NCBI GenBank assembly: GCA_013265495.1
Contig: MU058065.1
Location: forward strand, 6,758,302-6,822,301
DNA from: Vicugna vicugna
Lineage: Eukaryota
DNA: 64,000 nucleotides
Direction of reading: 5' to 3'
The notes under the pieces were generated by a model. That model made no database searches and had not been told where the DNA came from. It was given only the letters and a program-made list of their open reading frames with translations. A program made the position numbers and the translations under genes. Every line of letters begins with the position of its first letter. The stretch's first letter is position 1. Below are positions 62,431 through 64,000 of this stretch, in pieces.

Positions 62431-64000
62431 GTTGAGATTGGAGTCTGAGATGAAGTCTAGGGGGACCAGGCATGGGATGGCAGCTTGTGATAAGGTGGAT
62501 GGTCAGAGAAGGATGAATGTCAGGAATAGGGAGAGATCCAGAAATAGAGGCTGAGGATGAGGTTGAGTGAGATTCAGGGAGGGTGGAGATGGGGTTGGGA
62601 CCAGATATGGAGTAAAGCTTAGGAATGGGATGAATTTGGGGGTAAGCCTCAGGGAGGGGTGTTAGAAATGGAGTGAATGTCAGGAGTGGATTAGTGGCTA
62701 TAATAGTGGCCGCTGCTATTTAGTCTAGTTAGTGGCTGGAGCAAAACGGTATCACTGGAAGGGTCACCATCTTCTTTGGAGCTGTGTTTAAGATGCTCTT
62801 CCTGAGAGCAGGATGGAGATGCCTTGGACTGTATACTTGAGACTCTACAAGCAGGTTAGTGAGGAAGGAGTTAAGGGCCCAAGCCCTAAGAGATACATTT
62901 GATTCAGGAGAGAAGACAGAAGAATGTGGAAAGAATCCAAAGAGGAAGGCTGGGAACTGGGCCTGGCAACCTCTGTCCTCTCCCTCCCTCCCCTAATTCC
63001 CCTTCCACCCCTTCTACTGTGTAACTCAATGCTCATCTTCCTTTATCCTCTGCTGCCTCAAAGACAACTCCATTGGGGCTTCAGTAAGTAAATAAGGATA
63101 CATACTGGGTCTGGGGAAATACAAATGACTAATACATGTCTGAAAAGTAGCTTGGCCTCGCTAGTAACCTGCAAAGTGGGAACCAAACAGCAGTAAATAA
63201 CTTGGAAGTATTTTAAACAAGGCAGGGATGTAGTCAGAATTCTCTTCAAACAATACACATTGTTCAGTTAGATTTTTAAATGGAGTGTGTAGTTCTCTGA
63301 GTATAGCTCAATGGTTTGGATTTCAGACCTGTAAAGATACCAGGATTTTGGTATTGAAATAACATGGTGTATGAAAATATCAAAAACTGGTGTTTCGTTC
63401 ACTAGATAGGGTAGAGATTAGATATCTGGTCAAGGTCAGGGAGATGGCTCACCTCAGGGAGGAACTCAACGTCCAGGATGGGCCTGGGACCAGGGATGCG
63501 GTGCATCTTAAGAGAGGAGTGGGGCAAAGGTCAGAGATGGGAGAGAGTCAGGGATGGAATTGGGGTTAGGGATGGGGTACACATCATCGACTGGATGGGG
63601 GACAGGGATTGGGATGTGAACGTGTGTTCTGCACAATGCTTGTTGATTTTAAATTTTGGAAATTTGTTTTGTAGGCTTGGTAAAAATATTCCAGCCCCCA
63701 AGTTATCATGTTGAATTATGTTATTTCCCCCTACACAGTTCCCCTTCTGGTCAACCACGGCCCCCTTACTATCTGTTGCCTCCTTATGTGGTGGCCCATT
63801 CTTACTGGTTCCAGCAAAAATATTAATTGATAATCTGTATTTTATTCCATAGTGGTTTAAGACTGCCTCTTTCCCAGCAACTTGCATCTTAGAGTATTTT
63901 AGATGCTGAAAGTCTCTTAGATGCAGATGAAATAAAATGATAATCTCCGCTTTGGTCTAAGGGTCTTCCCAGAGATATCTTCCCAGAGATGACCACTAAT

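Overview
Mammalian genomic DNA, most likely a camelid, because it carries three copies of a tRNA-Ala-like SINE that I recognise as the camelid Vic-1 family. The window holds the complete ARPC2 gene on the - strand. I traced ten coding exons with GT-AG boundaries that add up to 903 nt (300 aa), plus a non-coding exon 1 in a CpG island and an AATAAA at 6047-6052. Divergent from ARPC2, on the + strand, is an intact IL-8 receptor gene with a single coding exon (60448-61521, 357 aa). It sits in the CXCR1 position but has a CXCR2-type C-terminal tail. By recalled synteny (CXCR1-ARPC2-GPBAR1), the first ~1 kb is probably the GPBAR1 5' region, with its CDS off the left edge. The rest is introns and intergenic DNA rich in old L1, L2, MIR, MaLR LTR and hAT fossils. 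I found no convincing previously undescribed biological system. The best leads are the chimeric CXCR1, one substitution in near-invariant ARPC2, an unidentified retroposed mRNA 3' end inside an LTR, a convergent CTCF-like pair bracketing ARPC2, and myeloid PU.1/IRF motif clusters. Repeat names and cross-species comparisons come from memory, not database searches, and repeat boundaries are approximate.
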